Source: Leucoraja ocellata
Taxonomy: Eukaryota
Direction of reading: 5' to 3'
DNA length: 64,000 bases
Assembly (NCBI GenBank): GCA_036785375.1
Contig: JAWMAR010000178.1
Coordinates: forward strand, 2,108,001 to 2,172,000
Positions 37,385-49,200 of this stretch are shown here, one piece after another; position 1 is the first letter of the stretch; every line of letters begins with the position of its first letter. The notes below the pieces were generated by a model. That model saw nothing but the letters and a program-made list of their open reading frames with translations. It did not search any database and was not told the DNA's origin. The position numbers and the translations under genes were made by a program.

Positions 37385-37554
37385 TTCAAGAAGGAACTGC
37401 AGATGCTGAAAGATCGAAGGTACACAAAAAATGTTGGAGAAACTCAGCGGGTGCAGCAGCATCTATGGAGCGAAGGAAATAGGCGACGTTTCGGGCCGAA
37501 ACCCTTCTTCAGACCTAGTCTGAAGAACGGTTTTGGCCCGAAACGTCGCCTATT
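37385..37554. mobile_element. Penelope pLTR-like repeat with an inverted pair of hammerhead motifs
   Basis: AAGGAACTGCAGATGCTG...GACGTTTCGGGCCGAAACCCTTCTTCAGAC cta GTCTGAAGAACGGTTTTGGCCCGAAACGTC. Confidence 0.75.
37480..37517 (-). ncRNA. Minimal type I hammerhead ribozyme motif, predicted
   Basis: UAGGU CUGAAGA A GGGU UUCG GCCC GAAAC GUC GCCUA: conserved core, stem II, palindromic ACGU in place of stem III, and a possible 5-bp stem I. Confidence 0.65.
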
Positions 37555-37972
37555 GAGTCCATTCACCTATACACTAGGGACAATTAACAGTGATCATTTA
37601 AGTTACCAGCCCTCATCTTTGGGGATGCGAAAGGAAGGTAGAACACCTAGAGAATATAGACCGCAGACCGCACCCATGAACTCTGACCTGGACTTGTCTG
37701 TAGCTGGCACAGGAAAGATATCACTAATGCCTTCTCTGCCGAATCTTCCAAATCCACTGGAAGGATAAATGAAGCTATATCAGTGTCCTCTCCCAGTCTA
37801 ACATCTCCAGCAATGAGGTCCAAATTACACTCCCTCAGCTCCCTTGGGCAGTCAATGTTGTTCACAGACTTGCGACGTAGACTTGCTAATGTGAGGTATA
37901 TCACATCATTTATTTTTATCCTTTTTGATGACTGCGTTGATGCAATGAATTAATCGCATCCATCTGCCCATC

Positions 37973-38093
37973 TTCTTCTTTCGTGTGGCGTGCACAGCCT
38001 AAAGTAGGACAACTTGTTCTATTTGATCTTCCGTTTGTACACGTCGAGTTGATTGCATTAGTTGAAACAGGGTTGGTTGCAATCTTCCACCCC
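37973..38093 (-). mobile_element. Second copy of the ribozyme-headed short retroposon (L3/P3' deleted)
   Basis: Aligns to 12312-12449; 12-bp TSD CATCTGCCCATC at 37961-37972 and 38094-38105. Confidence 0.85.
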
Positions 38094-38116
38094 CATCTGC
38101 CCATCAAACACCTCCA

Positions 38117-38412
38117 GTCACAGTTTAAGGATAAGGGGGAAATCTTTTAGGACCGAGATGAGGAAAACATTTTTCACACAGAGAGTGGTGAATCTGTGGA
38201 ATTCTCTCCCGCAGAAGGTAGTTGAGGCCAGTTCATTGACTATATTTAAGAGGGAGTTAGATGTGGCCCTTGTGGCTAAAGGGACCAGGGGGTATGGAGA
38301 GAAGGCAGGTACAGGATACTGAGTTGGATGATCAGCCATCATCATATTGAATGGCGGTGCAGGCTCGAAGGGCCGAATGGCCTACTCCTGCACCTATTTT
38401 CTATGTTTCTAT
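38117..38412 (+). mobile_element. CR1/HER1-like LINE 3' end
   Basis: HSLRIRGKSFRTEMRKTFFTQRVVNLWNSLP...EKAGTGY* plus tail. Confidence 0.93.
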
Positions 38413-40906
38413 AATGGAAGCACCTGCAGGTTTCACATTGGCTCAATCAGTCATCTCAGAAGCCAAAGTGGAATAAAGTCACCTTCATTTGAAAGGATTT
38501 GGCTATAAGACCATGTTGTTTAGGGTGGCTTTGTTACTTCATCTTGGTGCAAAATAGCATGTCATCACTACTATTTGCTAAAAGGCAGGTGGTTGAATAG
38601 CTCTTTGGAAACTCTGCAGATGATATCTCCAATTAATTGCTCTTTCTCTAAATGGGCAATAAAGTGGCACTGAAGTCAACTCACTGATTACCCCTCTCTT
38701 GCATACTATGGCTCCTTTTGAAAAAGCCACCCCTCCATGTTTTCATGCTCCATATCTCTAATCTTTCTCAGACAGACATCTCCCACCTATGCCTTGTATT
38801 ATTTAGGCCCTTCTGAAATTCCCTCCCAAGCCTCCTTTGGAACTCCTGAAAAGTTTTCACGTTTTCCAATCTTATAGTCATCTCTCCTTTTATCTCCTTT
38901 GTGACGGTGTCAATTTTTGTTCGATAATACAGTTGTAACTAATTATTTGGATGCACTGAAGACCTTGAATTACATTTGAGCTTCTAATGGTGAACCATCA
39001 ATGGGTTAATCTTAATTGTTATTATTTTATAGAAAATTAATTATTACTTCTAAAACGGCAGAAAATAAATTGGATTGAGTTGTTACCTGATTTTCTATTC
39101 ATTATTGATTTTTTGGCCCAAATGTTTATATTTAACTAAATTACTATTCTGCCCCTTTCTCCATCCTTGCACCTCCCTCCCCCCCACCTTATCCACGTAT
39201 ATTCTCCCCTCCCCCCCCCCCCCCCTTATTCACGTATATTATTTCACTGTCCATGCTTGGTTAATGGTTAGTCTGGAAGTACATACTTACTGTGCTAATT
39301 CAAGAAATACCGTTTCTCCCTTTGTGTGGCTGGAACTGATATTAAAATAAAAGTAACACCACTGTTAGGACATTGATGTCTTCAGCAGATGGTTGTTGCT
39401 TTAGTTGCAGATGTCCAATGTGACTCCTGGTGGCTTATAGACAAATATTTGATGTGCTTCCAGTTCAAGACACCAATGTGCCCCAGCTATGATATCAAGT
39501 TAACAAAGAACTAAAGACAAAAAGGCAACGATTAAATATTAAAGATTAAATTTGTAAGAAAGGAATAAAGGCATAACACTTTAGAATCATAATTTCCATG
39601 AAGCATAAATTGCTGATTTGGTTTCTGCTCTGATTAATCTATCTAGTAGATTTAATACTATTGTTGCCGAATGTCATCTGCGAATCGAATTTAAAATCTC
39701 ATTTATAATCAAGCTGCCAATATTATTCTTTGTGAGAACAGCCCAGAATGACACAATGTCTACATTTTTTTCCCCTTGTAAGTCAAAGTCAAATAAATTA
39801 TTTTAAACCTGCAAAACAATAGCTTAGAGCTAATACCTTGAAATTACATTTTAAGGTTCAGCTTCACACATTTTGGGTTCTCAATTGTTTTAACCTCCCC
39901 TTGCCTGCACACTGTCCCTGGACAATAAAGATCCATGATAAAGGCCCAGAAAAGTGAATCTGTTTCCATGTCTCAGGATTATCTCTCAACGAGGTCAGAC
40001 ATTGGTGATTAAATGAATCACCAACTCCTGATCTGATGAAGAGTCTAGAACTCAATTCTCATTCTGCAGATGCTGCTTGTTGGCACAGTTCTTTGGCAAT
40101 TCTGACTTTGTTTTTTCCAGCTTCTGTTCTGCAGTTTTATTTGTTTTCCCCCATTGGATGAGTGTCAGCAAGTTATTTGACCATCTGCAGAAAAGTGTAT
40201 TCAAAAGAGAGTCAAGAGTGATTAATTGTCATATATACCAGCAACAGAACAATGAAGTTAGTTGCTGCAGAGAGTGGGTGAACCTGAATTGTTAAGACAC
40301 AGTAGACCACAGACTAAATGTTGGTAAATAGGATTAGTGTAAACCAACCTGTTTCTTTACTGCGTGACTCTAATATGTTTCAGATTTATGACTAACTTTA
40401 ATACAGTTTGGGAAGCAGTAAGTAGCCTTTAACAATTTGTTTAAAAGCAAGTGACAGCAACACAATACTCTTATAACAATGACACAGTAAGTGGTGACAG
40501 AGGTGCATAGTAGCAGGGAAGGTGCAGGAAATGACACGGCAGAGCTGGCAGAGAAATGGAACCAAATGTAGCGCTGGAGAGGTTGCAAAATGTGGAGCAC
40601 GATCCAGCTGAAATTTTAAGCCAAGGTTTTGAAACCAACACCCCAAAGTGCAGGAAATAGGCAAGGTTTTATGCAGGATGTGGGTAGTGGAGTTCTGAGA
40701 AACTGCAGCTTATATAATGCAAGCCAAAATAACTCAGTAAGCAGATTTGTATTTTTTCCAGAAAGGAACATATAAGCAAATTATTGCATGTGATAAAAAT
40801 CTGAAGTAAAACACAAGGGGCTGGACACACTCATGAAATGCACCCTGGAGAATTAGCAACAAGGCGGCTGGTGACAGCAACGTTGAGCTGTGGACCATCC
40901 CTGACA

Positions 40907-41445
40907 AACATAGAAACATAAAAATAGGTGCAGGAATAGGCCATTCGGCCCTTCGAGCCTGCACCGCCATTCAATATGATCATGGCTGATCATCCACTCA
41001 GTATCCTGTACCGGCCTTCTCGCCGTACCCCCTGATCCCTTTAGCCACAAGCGCCACATCTAACTCCCTCTTAAATATAGCCAATGAACTGGCCTCAAAC
41101 TACCTTTTGTGGCAGAGAATTCCAGAGATTCACCACTCTCTGTGTGAAAAATGTTTTTCTCATCTCGGTCCTAAAGGATTTCCCCCTTATCCTTAAACTG
41201 TGACCCCTTGTTCTGGACTTCCCCAACATCGGGAACAATCTTCCTGCATCTAGCCTGTCCAACTCCTTAAGAATTTTGTAAGTTTCTATAAGATCCCGCC
41301 TCAATCTTTTAAATTCTAGCGAGTACAAGCCGAGTCTACCCAGTCGTTCTTCATATGAAAGTCCTGACAAAGTCCCAGGAATCAGTCTGGTGAACCTTCT
41401 CTGTACCCCCTCTATGGCAAGAATGTCTTTCCTCAGATTAGGACC
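40907..41445 (-). mobile_element. CR1/HER1-like LINE 3' end
   Basis: PNLRKDILAIEGVQRRFTRLIPG...NLWNSLPQKVV plus tail. Confidence 0.93.
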
Positions 41446-41877
41446 CTTCGATAGCAAGCAAGGAAGGGTGTGGTGGAGACCTTGACATCTCTTAGCATAA
41501 ACTGTAAATTACTTTTAAAATTGACACGAAAATACACCATATTTAAACACTAGGAAATGGTTAAACACCTTTAAGATAATTAAGAAGTATATGTGCAAAA
41601 AGAAACACCTAATATTTCAGACTGATGCTCTTTTGTAGAACTGGAAAACGATGGCAATGTTACAGATTAATTCACAGTGAGTAGAGGAGGTTGGGTTTGG
41701 TGGGAGGGGAGGACAAATAGCAGGGTTTATGAGAGGATGGTCAGGCATAGCAATATCAAAAGGACCAATATTGCAATGCAGCTCTGTATGTCAGTTAACG
41801 CTCACAACATTAGAAAACTGGGTTTGATCTTGACCTGTGTAGTCTGCGTGGAGTTTGCGTGTTATCTCTCTACCCAC

Positions 41878-42432
41878 GTGAGACCACACCTAGAGTATTG
41901 TGGGCAGTTTTGGTCTCCAAATTTGAGGAAGGACATTCTTGCTATTGAGGGAGTGCAGCATAGGTTCACCAGGTTAATTCCCGGGATGGCGGGACTGTCA
42001 TGTTGAAAAAATGGAGCAACTGGGCTTGTATACTCTGGAATTTAGAAGGATGAGAGGATATCTTATTGAAACATATCAGATTATTAAGGGTTTGGACAAG
42101 CTAGACACAGGGCCGAATGGCCTACTCTATTGTCTATAGTTTTGCCTGTTCCTCCAGTGATTTAGTGATACAACATGGAATCAGAGGCCACAGCCCCAGA
42201 ATAAAGGGATGATGAGGAATTTATTTTGCCAGAATGTGAAGAAACAGCTCTGGAGGCCATGACATAGGGTATTTTTAAGATAGATAGGTTCTTGATTAGT
42301 AATTGTGTCAATAGTTATGTGGAGAAGGCAGGAGAATGGGGTTGAGCGAGGAAAATAGATCAGCCATGATTGAATGGCGGAATAGACTCAATGGCCCAGA
42401 TGGCCTAATTCTGTTCCTATGTCTCATGGTCT
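41878..42432 (+). mobile_element. Decayed CR1 fragments
   Basis: VRPHLEYCGQFWSPNLRKDILAIEGVQHRFTRLIPGMAGLS and a downstream CR1 tail. Confidence 0.85.
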
Positions 42433-43345
42433 TATTATGGAAACGGGCCCCTCAGCCCAACAACAAGGCCACGCTGACCATCCATCACCTGTTCACACAA
42501 GTTCTATGTTATCCCTCTTTCTCATCCACTCCCTACTCACTAGAGACAATTTTATTTTTGCATAAGCGAATTAACTTTGAAACCCACAAATCTCATGCCC
42601 CCGTGATGTGCTGCTCAGTTAATTGACTGCTTTCAATGACAACATTCTGCAAATAAGTGGCAAGGTGACACGGCAAAAAAGGAGTCAATGAGACAATAAG
42701 GAAATGAAAGGCAAGTTTCACCTGGAAGGGAAAACAACTGGTTTTCAGTCTTAGTTTATTATTGTCACATGTGCTGAGGCCCAGTGAAAAGCTTTGTGTT
42801 GTATGTTATCCAATCAGATCAGATAATACTGTACATAAGTACAATCAGGTCAAACTCAAGTACAATAGATAGAGCAAACGGGAAGATACAGAGTATAGAA
42901 TATAGTTCTCGGCATTGTAGTGTATCATTTCCATCGGCGAAATGCAAAGTCCATAAATGATATCACTTCTCCACATTTTACTCCAAATGCCGCTATAATT
43001 CCAGTATACGAATGTTGCAAAATGAGTCATACAGTGCCCTTTGAACCAACTTGCCTACACTGGCTTACATGTCCCAGCTCCACTAGTCCCACCTGCTCGA
43101 GTTTGGCACACAGAGACTCAAGGAACTGCAGATACTGAAATCCTGATCTGAACACAAACTCAGCGGGTCAGGCAGCATTTATGGAGGGAATTGACATATT
43201 AAGTTATGGGTTGGGACAACTTCTGTCGACTGATTAGATTGGGGGGGGGGGGGGGGGAGAAAGCTGGAAAAGAGAGGTGGGGCCAGATAAAACTGGCAAG
43301 TGATAGGTAATATTAATTAAATGAATTATTAATTAATATTATAAT

Positions 43346-43638
43346 TAAGGATAAGGGGGAAATCCTTTAAAACCGAGATGAGAAGAACTTTTTTCACACA
43401 GAGAGTGGTGAATCTCTGGAACTCTCTGCCACAGAGGGTAGTTGAGGCCAGTTTATTGGCTATATTTAAGAGGGAGTTAGATGTGGCCCTTGTGGCTAAG
43501 GCGATCAGGGGGTATGGAGAGAAGGCAGGTACGGGATACTGAGTTGGATGATCAGCCATGATCATATTGAATGGCGGTGCAGGCTCGAAGGGCCGAATGG
43601 CCTACTCCTGCACCTAATTTCTATGTTTCTATGTTTCT
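43346..43638 (+). mobile_element. CR1/HER1-like LINE 3' end (young subfamily)
   Basis: Nearly identical to the reverse complement of 14351-14646; (TTTCTATG)n tail. Confidence 0.93.
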
Positions 43639-44711
43639 AATACAGGTGAGGGAGGTGGTTTACACGTGGATGGAGTAAGTGGCAAAGACTGGTGGAAATG
43701 AGACAAAAAGTGTCAGGTAAAGAAAGAAGAGGAGGAGTGAAATATAAAGCCGGAGGGGGAAAGTCATGGCGTTGATGATAGGGAGGAACTTGAGGGGAAA
43801 GGAGCAGGATGACTGGAGGTTGTGGGAGATAGTGGGAGAAATGAGAGCGTTGGGGTGAAGGGTGGGGGTAGAGGTAAGGGGGGGGGGGGGGGGGGTAGGG
43901 GATTTTACTTGAAATGTCTACAGCATTTACATGTTTTCTCGCTTCATGATTTTTTTTTTAGAACTATATCCGGGCCATTCTTTTATTTTGTGTGGATGTC
44001 CAGTTCCTTGGTGCGGTATTTTGCTTGTAAACACTATCTGCGCCTGGTGTTAAACTGGGTTGGTTGCTTGGAAGCTGCGAGAGATGGGAACAGAAGAGTG
44101 GTAGCGCTAAAATCCAGGTGGAGTTCAGCAGCGGACCCGAGACACCCTGAGCTGTCCTGGTAGAAATCTGATCATTTCAATTAAGATTCCTGGGCCAGAA
44201 GTTATTTATTACTTATATTAATGCAATTATTTATTTCCTATTGTCAAAGTCCATTTTTTTTTGGGGGGGGGGTTTGTGAATTTTAATTTATTTAAGCTAT
44301 GCTAAGAGTTTTTAAGGTCTCCATTGTACCTCAACTGCTGAAAGAAACAGCAGTTGAGGTCCTTTGCTTTCTGCCATCCTATAGCAATTCTTTCACAATA
44401 CCTTTATTTACTTTAAAATATTTTGTTCAAAGAATAAATGTGATCATTTCAGGAAACTTGTCCTGCAGCATGGAGGATATCTTTTCCCAGTGATGTGATG
44501 CAATGCTCTGAATCCCTGAATTAGGGTATACTGACATCTAGTGACAACTTTTAACATTTTAGTAAGCTTAACAAGTTTTCACCATCCAATAACAATTATG
44601 TTTGTTTGTAGTTCATTATTTATTTGAAAAAATAAGCTCTTGCATCAATAATAGTTTTATTGCTGAAATAATTATGATTGGCAGAACATAAACAAACCTT
44701 TCATCAGCTCA

Positions 44712-45185
44712 GTCTGCCTGGACCTACCTGATCTCCTGGTTGCCAAACACTTTAACTCCCCTTTCCCACACTGATCTTTCTGTCCTAGGCCTCCTCCTTT
44801 GTCAGAGTGAGGCCAAACACAAATTGAACGAATAGCATCTCATATTTTGCTTGGGCAGCTTATAACCCAGGGGTATGAATATTGATTTCTCTAACTTCAC
44901 GTAACCCCTGCATTCCCTCACTCTCCTTCCCTCCTCCACCCAAGTCACACCAGCATCTGTTTTCACCTAGCTACAGCTAACAATGGCCTGTTTCCTTTTT
45001 CATCATTACTTTTTTGCATATCTTTAATTCATTTGTTCTAGATCTCTCTACAACATCGTCTATATCTCTCGTTTCCCTTTCCCATGACTTTCAGTCTGAA
45101 GAAGAGTCTCGGCCCGAAACGTCACCCATTCCTTATCTCCAGAAATGCTGCATGTCCTGCTGAGTTACTCCAGCATTTTGTGTCT
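44712..45185 (+). mobile_element. Penelope-like element 3' end with hammerhead motif
   Basis: VAKHFNS...SVLGLLLCQSE...HLIFCLGSL*PRGMNIDFSNF, then CTGAAGAAGAGTCTCGGCCCGAAACGTC at 45096-45123. Confidence 0.82.
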
Positions 45186-45544
45186 TTCATCCCAGTCTGT
45201 ACTGACGGTCAAACTGACAAAAGGAGCCAGGTCTGAAGTTGGAATTGAAGAGAAAGAGTTGCTTTTTAATTATTGAAACTCTGGAGGAGTGTAACTGAGC
45301 AATAGCTGATAAGAATGTGCAGCACTCCTCCAAATTGGCACATTTAAATAAAAACTATCCCCACAAACAGTAACTTCAGTTACAGTCAAAGCTGCTGATT
45401 TCAAATTTTAAGTATAACTCTAAACATGGAGATCATTTTTTAAAGTTTCTATCATTTATTAGGTTGGGCAAACCCCCAATTTCACATGAAAATTGTATCT
45501 GTCACATGAATCTGTCAGATTCACATGAATTTGTTTGCAGATTC

Positions 45545-45830
45545 AGAGACTGTGTTTTCCCAGCTGTTATCAGGAAACTGAACCACCCTACCAACAACCA
45601 GACAGCGGTCCCGAGTTACTATCTACCTCATTGAAGACCCCCAGACTATCTTTAATGGACTTTATGTTGCATTAAATGTTATTCCCTTTATCATGTATCT
45701 GTACACTGGATGGCTCGATTGTAATCATATATAGTCTTTTCACTGATTGGTTAACACGCGACAAGAAGCTTTTCACTATACCTTGGTGCATGTGACAATA
45801 AACTAAACAAAACTAAGCTGAACTAAACTA
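45545..45830 (+). mobile_element. Rex1-type LINE 3' tail
   Basis: FRDCVFPAVIRKLN-like end; TTCACTATACCTTGGTGCATGTGACAATAAA followed by (CTAAA)n. Confidence 0.65.
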
Positions 45831-46283
45831 AATATGAAATGTGGACTAGTTCTGATTTGAAGCTCACAAGACATACCCGGGATGAATACTGGTACTGGTA
45901 ATAAGGTAAGATTCAAGTGTGTTTTAATTGTAATATGTACCGGAACGGATCAATAAAGAGCCAATATAGTACAAACAAAAAATGCCGGAAGTCCCTAGTG
46001 TAACCAAGGCAGCTCGTAGTTCAGAGTTTAGTTGGAGTTTGGTGTGTTCAATATAGCCTACTGGTCATTGCGATAGAGCTGGTCTTGAATCTGGACGTTA
46101 CACTTTTCAGACTTCTATACTTTCTTTCTGATGGCAGGAGTGAAAGAGAACGTTGCCAGGGTCGTGTTAGTCCTTGAAGGTGCTGGCTGCCTTTTTGAGA
46201 CATCGCCTCCTATAGATGGTGGGGAGGTCAGCACTTGTGATGTAGTGGGCAGTGGTCACCAGAAGTGGTCTGTGAAATATACT

Positions 46284-49200
46284 AGTAAGATTAAATGAGA
46301 ACTTACCAGTTTGAAGTTTGATCTTTATTTTATGAGGCGTTAATTTCAGGGACTACGTGAAGAGACACCGTCCAGGCGCATGCTCGTTAATCTTTAAAGC
46401 AGCGGCGCGAAATCACAGATGATGATTACCGAAGCATAATAGTAAGCTACGTGAAAAACAAACTTAAACTTACAGTTGATCTTTATCAGGGCGGGAGCGG
46501 AGGGCACGTAGTCCCTCAACGTAACTCCTCATAAAATAAAGATCAAACTTCAAACTGGTAAGTTCTCGTTTAATCTTAATATTTTACTTCAGAGGCACGT
46601 GAGTGACTACGTGAAGATTTTAAAGCTTCTGTGATTTTATGCCGTAGATTCAATCCATCACTGCATTGATTGACTCTAAATGAGTGAAAACAATCAATAA
46701 TATACAACCATAACACTAATGTAATCTGTTATTGTTTTTTTTTTGTTTTTTTCATAACAAAACATTTTTGTCCCCTTTTTTATCGCAGGGGAACATTTAA
46801 TACTGAATCCAAAACAGCACCACCAAATACCCCAGGGTCTGCAATCTCTTTATGGTAATACTTGTGAAACATTCGTTCACTTGCCCATCCTGCGGCCGCG
46901 AGGATATGGTCTATTGGAACGTCCAAATCCTTGGCCGCCGATGTTGGTGGAAATGAGATTTAAATTTGTCAGTATTAGTTCCTGCATCAACCAGCTCCTT
47001 CTTCAGCCACCTCGATTGGTTTTTTATGGCTGATAAATAATGCTGATTCTGCACCTCTTAAGTCCTTGGTGGTTTCAATGTAACATTTTAAATGTGCCAC
47101 TACACATAGTCTTGGATCCATAGGCTATGCTGCAAAGACCAATTTACACCCCGTGCCTCCTGGTCTCTGTTTGAGTAAATCGTAGGCATAGAATGTGATT
47201 TCATTCTCTTTGTGCTGAAAACAATGCCATTAGCATGACTACCTTCATGGTAATTTTGTCTGAAGACAAATTTGAAACGGGACTCCATTCCCGAAGTAAT
47301 CGTCAGCACATCCCTTACATTCCAGATTTCTGTATATCTGGGTCTAGGAGGTTTGGTATTGAAAATTCCTTTCATGTACCTGCAGACCAAAGGGTGTGAT
47401 CCTAGAACCTGTTGTTCTGATGCCCTTATAAATATGCAGATAGGGCACTCCTTGCAGTATTGATCGCACTATAACTTAAATTGACATCAAATGCAGTGTA
47501 GACAGAACTTCTAAACATCTACAGTGTGGTATGCAGTGTGGTATGAAATATCCTGCCTTGAGCAAAGCACTTCTCATTTCTTCATCTAAGAAATGTACTG
47601 GTTCTGGGTACTATCCCTCCAGGCTCCTGCAATTACATCCAGAGTGCGATCTGATAGTCCTCTTCCGAGATATGGCCTTTTTAGAATCTGCAAATCAACA
47701 AATTAATACAATCATGTAAAGGATGAAATCACCAGATACATGGTGCACAAGTAGGTTTTCTTGTCTTGGAATCCCCATAAGAGGTTCTGTGACCATTTTT
47801 AGCACTAGTGGGTACCATGGTTGTGTAGGCCCATCTGGGACCACCAACAATTCTGAAGCAGCATTCTGCTTAATCTTTTGTAGACACCTACTAATGAGGT
47901 AGAGGAAATGCATATAAACATTCCACCCCAATTTAGCGAGAATGCATGCACCCTTATTGCACCTGGATCCTTTGAAACATCTTTGCGACAATTGGTGGTT
48001 CAGTCTAGATGCAAACAGATCAATTTCTGGCATTCCAAATTTTGCAACAATTTTATTAAAAATGTCACAATTTAGCATCCATTCTGGACATGGTGTCTGC
48101 AATTATATTGAATCTACCTGGTAGGTAGATTGTTGAAAGTCAACTGTTTTGAATAATACACCTGTGCCAGATAACGTTTGCCAATCTGTCACAAGACTCT
48201 GACTTGATTCCACCCATGTGATTGACATATGTTACCGCAATAGTGTTGTCAATCTGAACCTGCACATGCAGATTTTGCACATTATAGCGAAGCTTTAAGC
48301 CCATTTTGAAATATACTTAACAATTCTAGGTAGTTAATTCCATGTGCTTCGAGCAAAGGTACTTCTTCCACATCCATCTACCTCCACAGCTGGTAATGGT
48401 ATCAGTAGTGCCCAAACCTAGTGTACTTGCATCAGTCTGTAGAATTGATAGGTGGTCATTAAACCAGAATTTTCCTTTGCTTGCTGCAGTTGTTGATAAT
48501 GCAGTGGACCGAACTACACAGCTGGGAATGAAGCGATTAGTTTCCCAGGCAAGCTCACCACTTGCCTAATTAATGGTTGATGCTCTGTAATGAGTTTGCT
48601 ACAACCCACAATTGACTGCAGCTTATATCCTTGGGTAAAGTCACTATCATGTGTTCTGAATTAATCGTGAACCCCAAGTAATCAATTGTTTTATTTTTGG
48701 AGACAATATAGATTTATCTGGATGTTACAAATCCCAGCCTTAGAAATGTTTTTAGCTTGACTTCTGATACTGATGCTTCTGTTGTAGCTTGATTATCACC
48801 CACAATTAATATATCATCCAAATAAGCCATTCCACCCAGTTAAATATTTAAATATCTTCGATTTTTACCATGCACAGCCACAGAGTAATATGCATCTTGC
48901 AGATCTATGCTGGTGATATAGCATTCTCTTGAAATTAGCTGCATAGCATAGGTAAATGTCTCCATTTTGAAATGCTTATACTGTACAAACATTTTAAGAC
49001 TTCTCCTTATTTGCTCTAGAATTGCTAGATACAAGTTGGTGGTTTTTGATAAACTGTCTTTTCAATAACCCCTTTCCTATTTAATATTTCAAGCTCTGCT
49101 TGAATGTTTCTATTCTCTTCTTTAGAGAAAACATGCGTTCACTTTGGAACATGTAGAGTAGGAGGATTCAAATGTGGATAGAATTTAATTCTAAACCCCA

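Noticed and set aside
47695-48102. Methyltransferase-like ORF that might suggest a foreign gene
   Set aside because: It occupies the normal position of the DIRS methyltransferase-like domain between RNase H and recombinase, and it is decayed.
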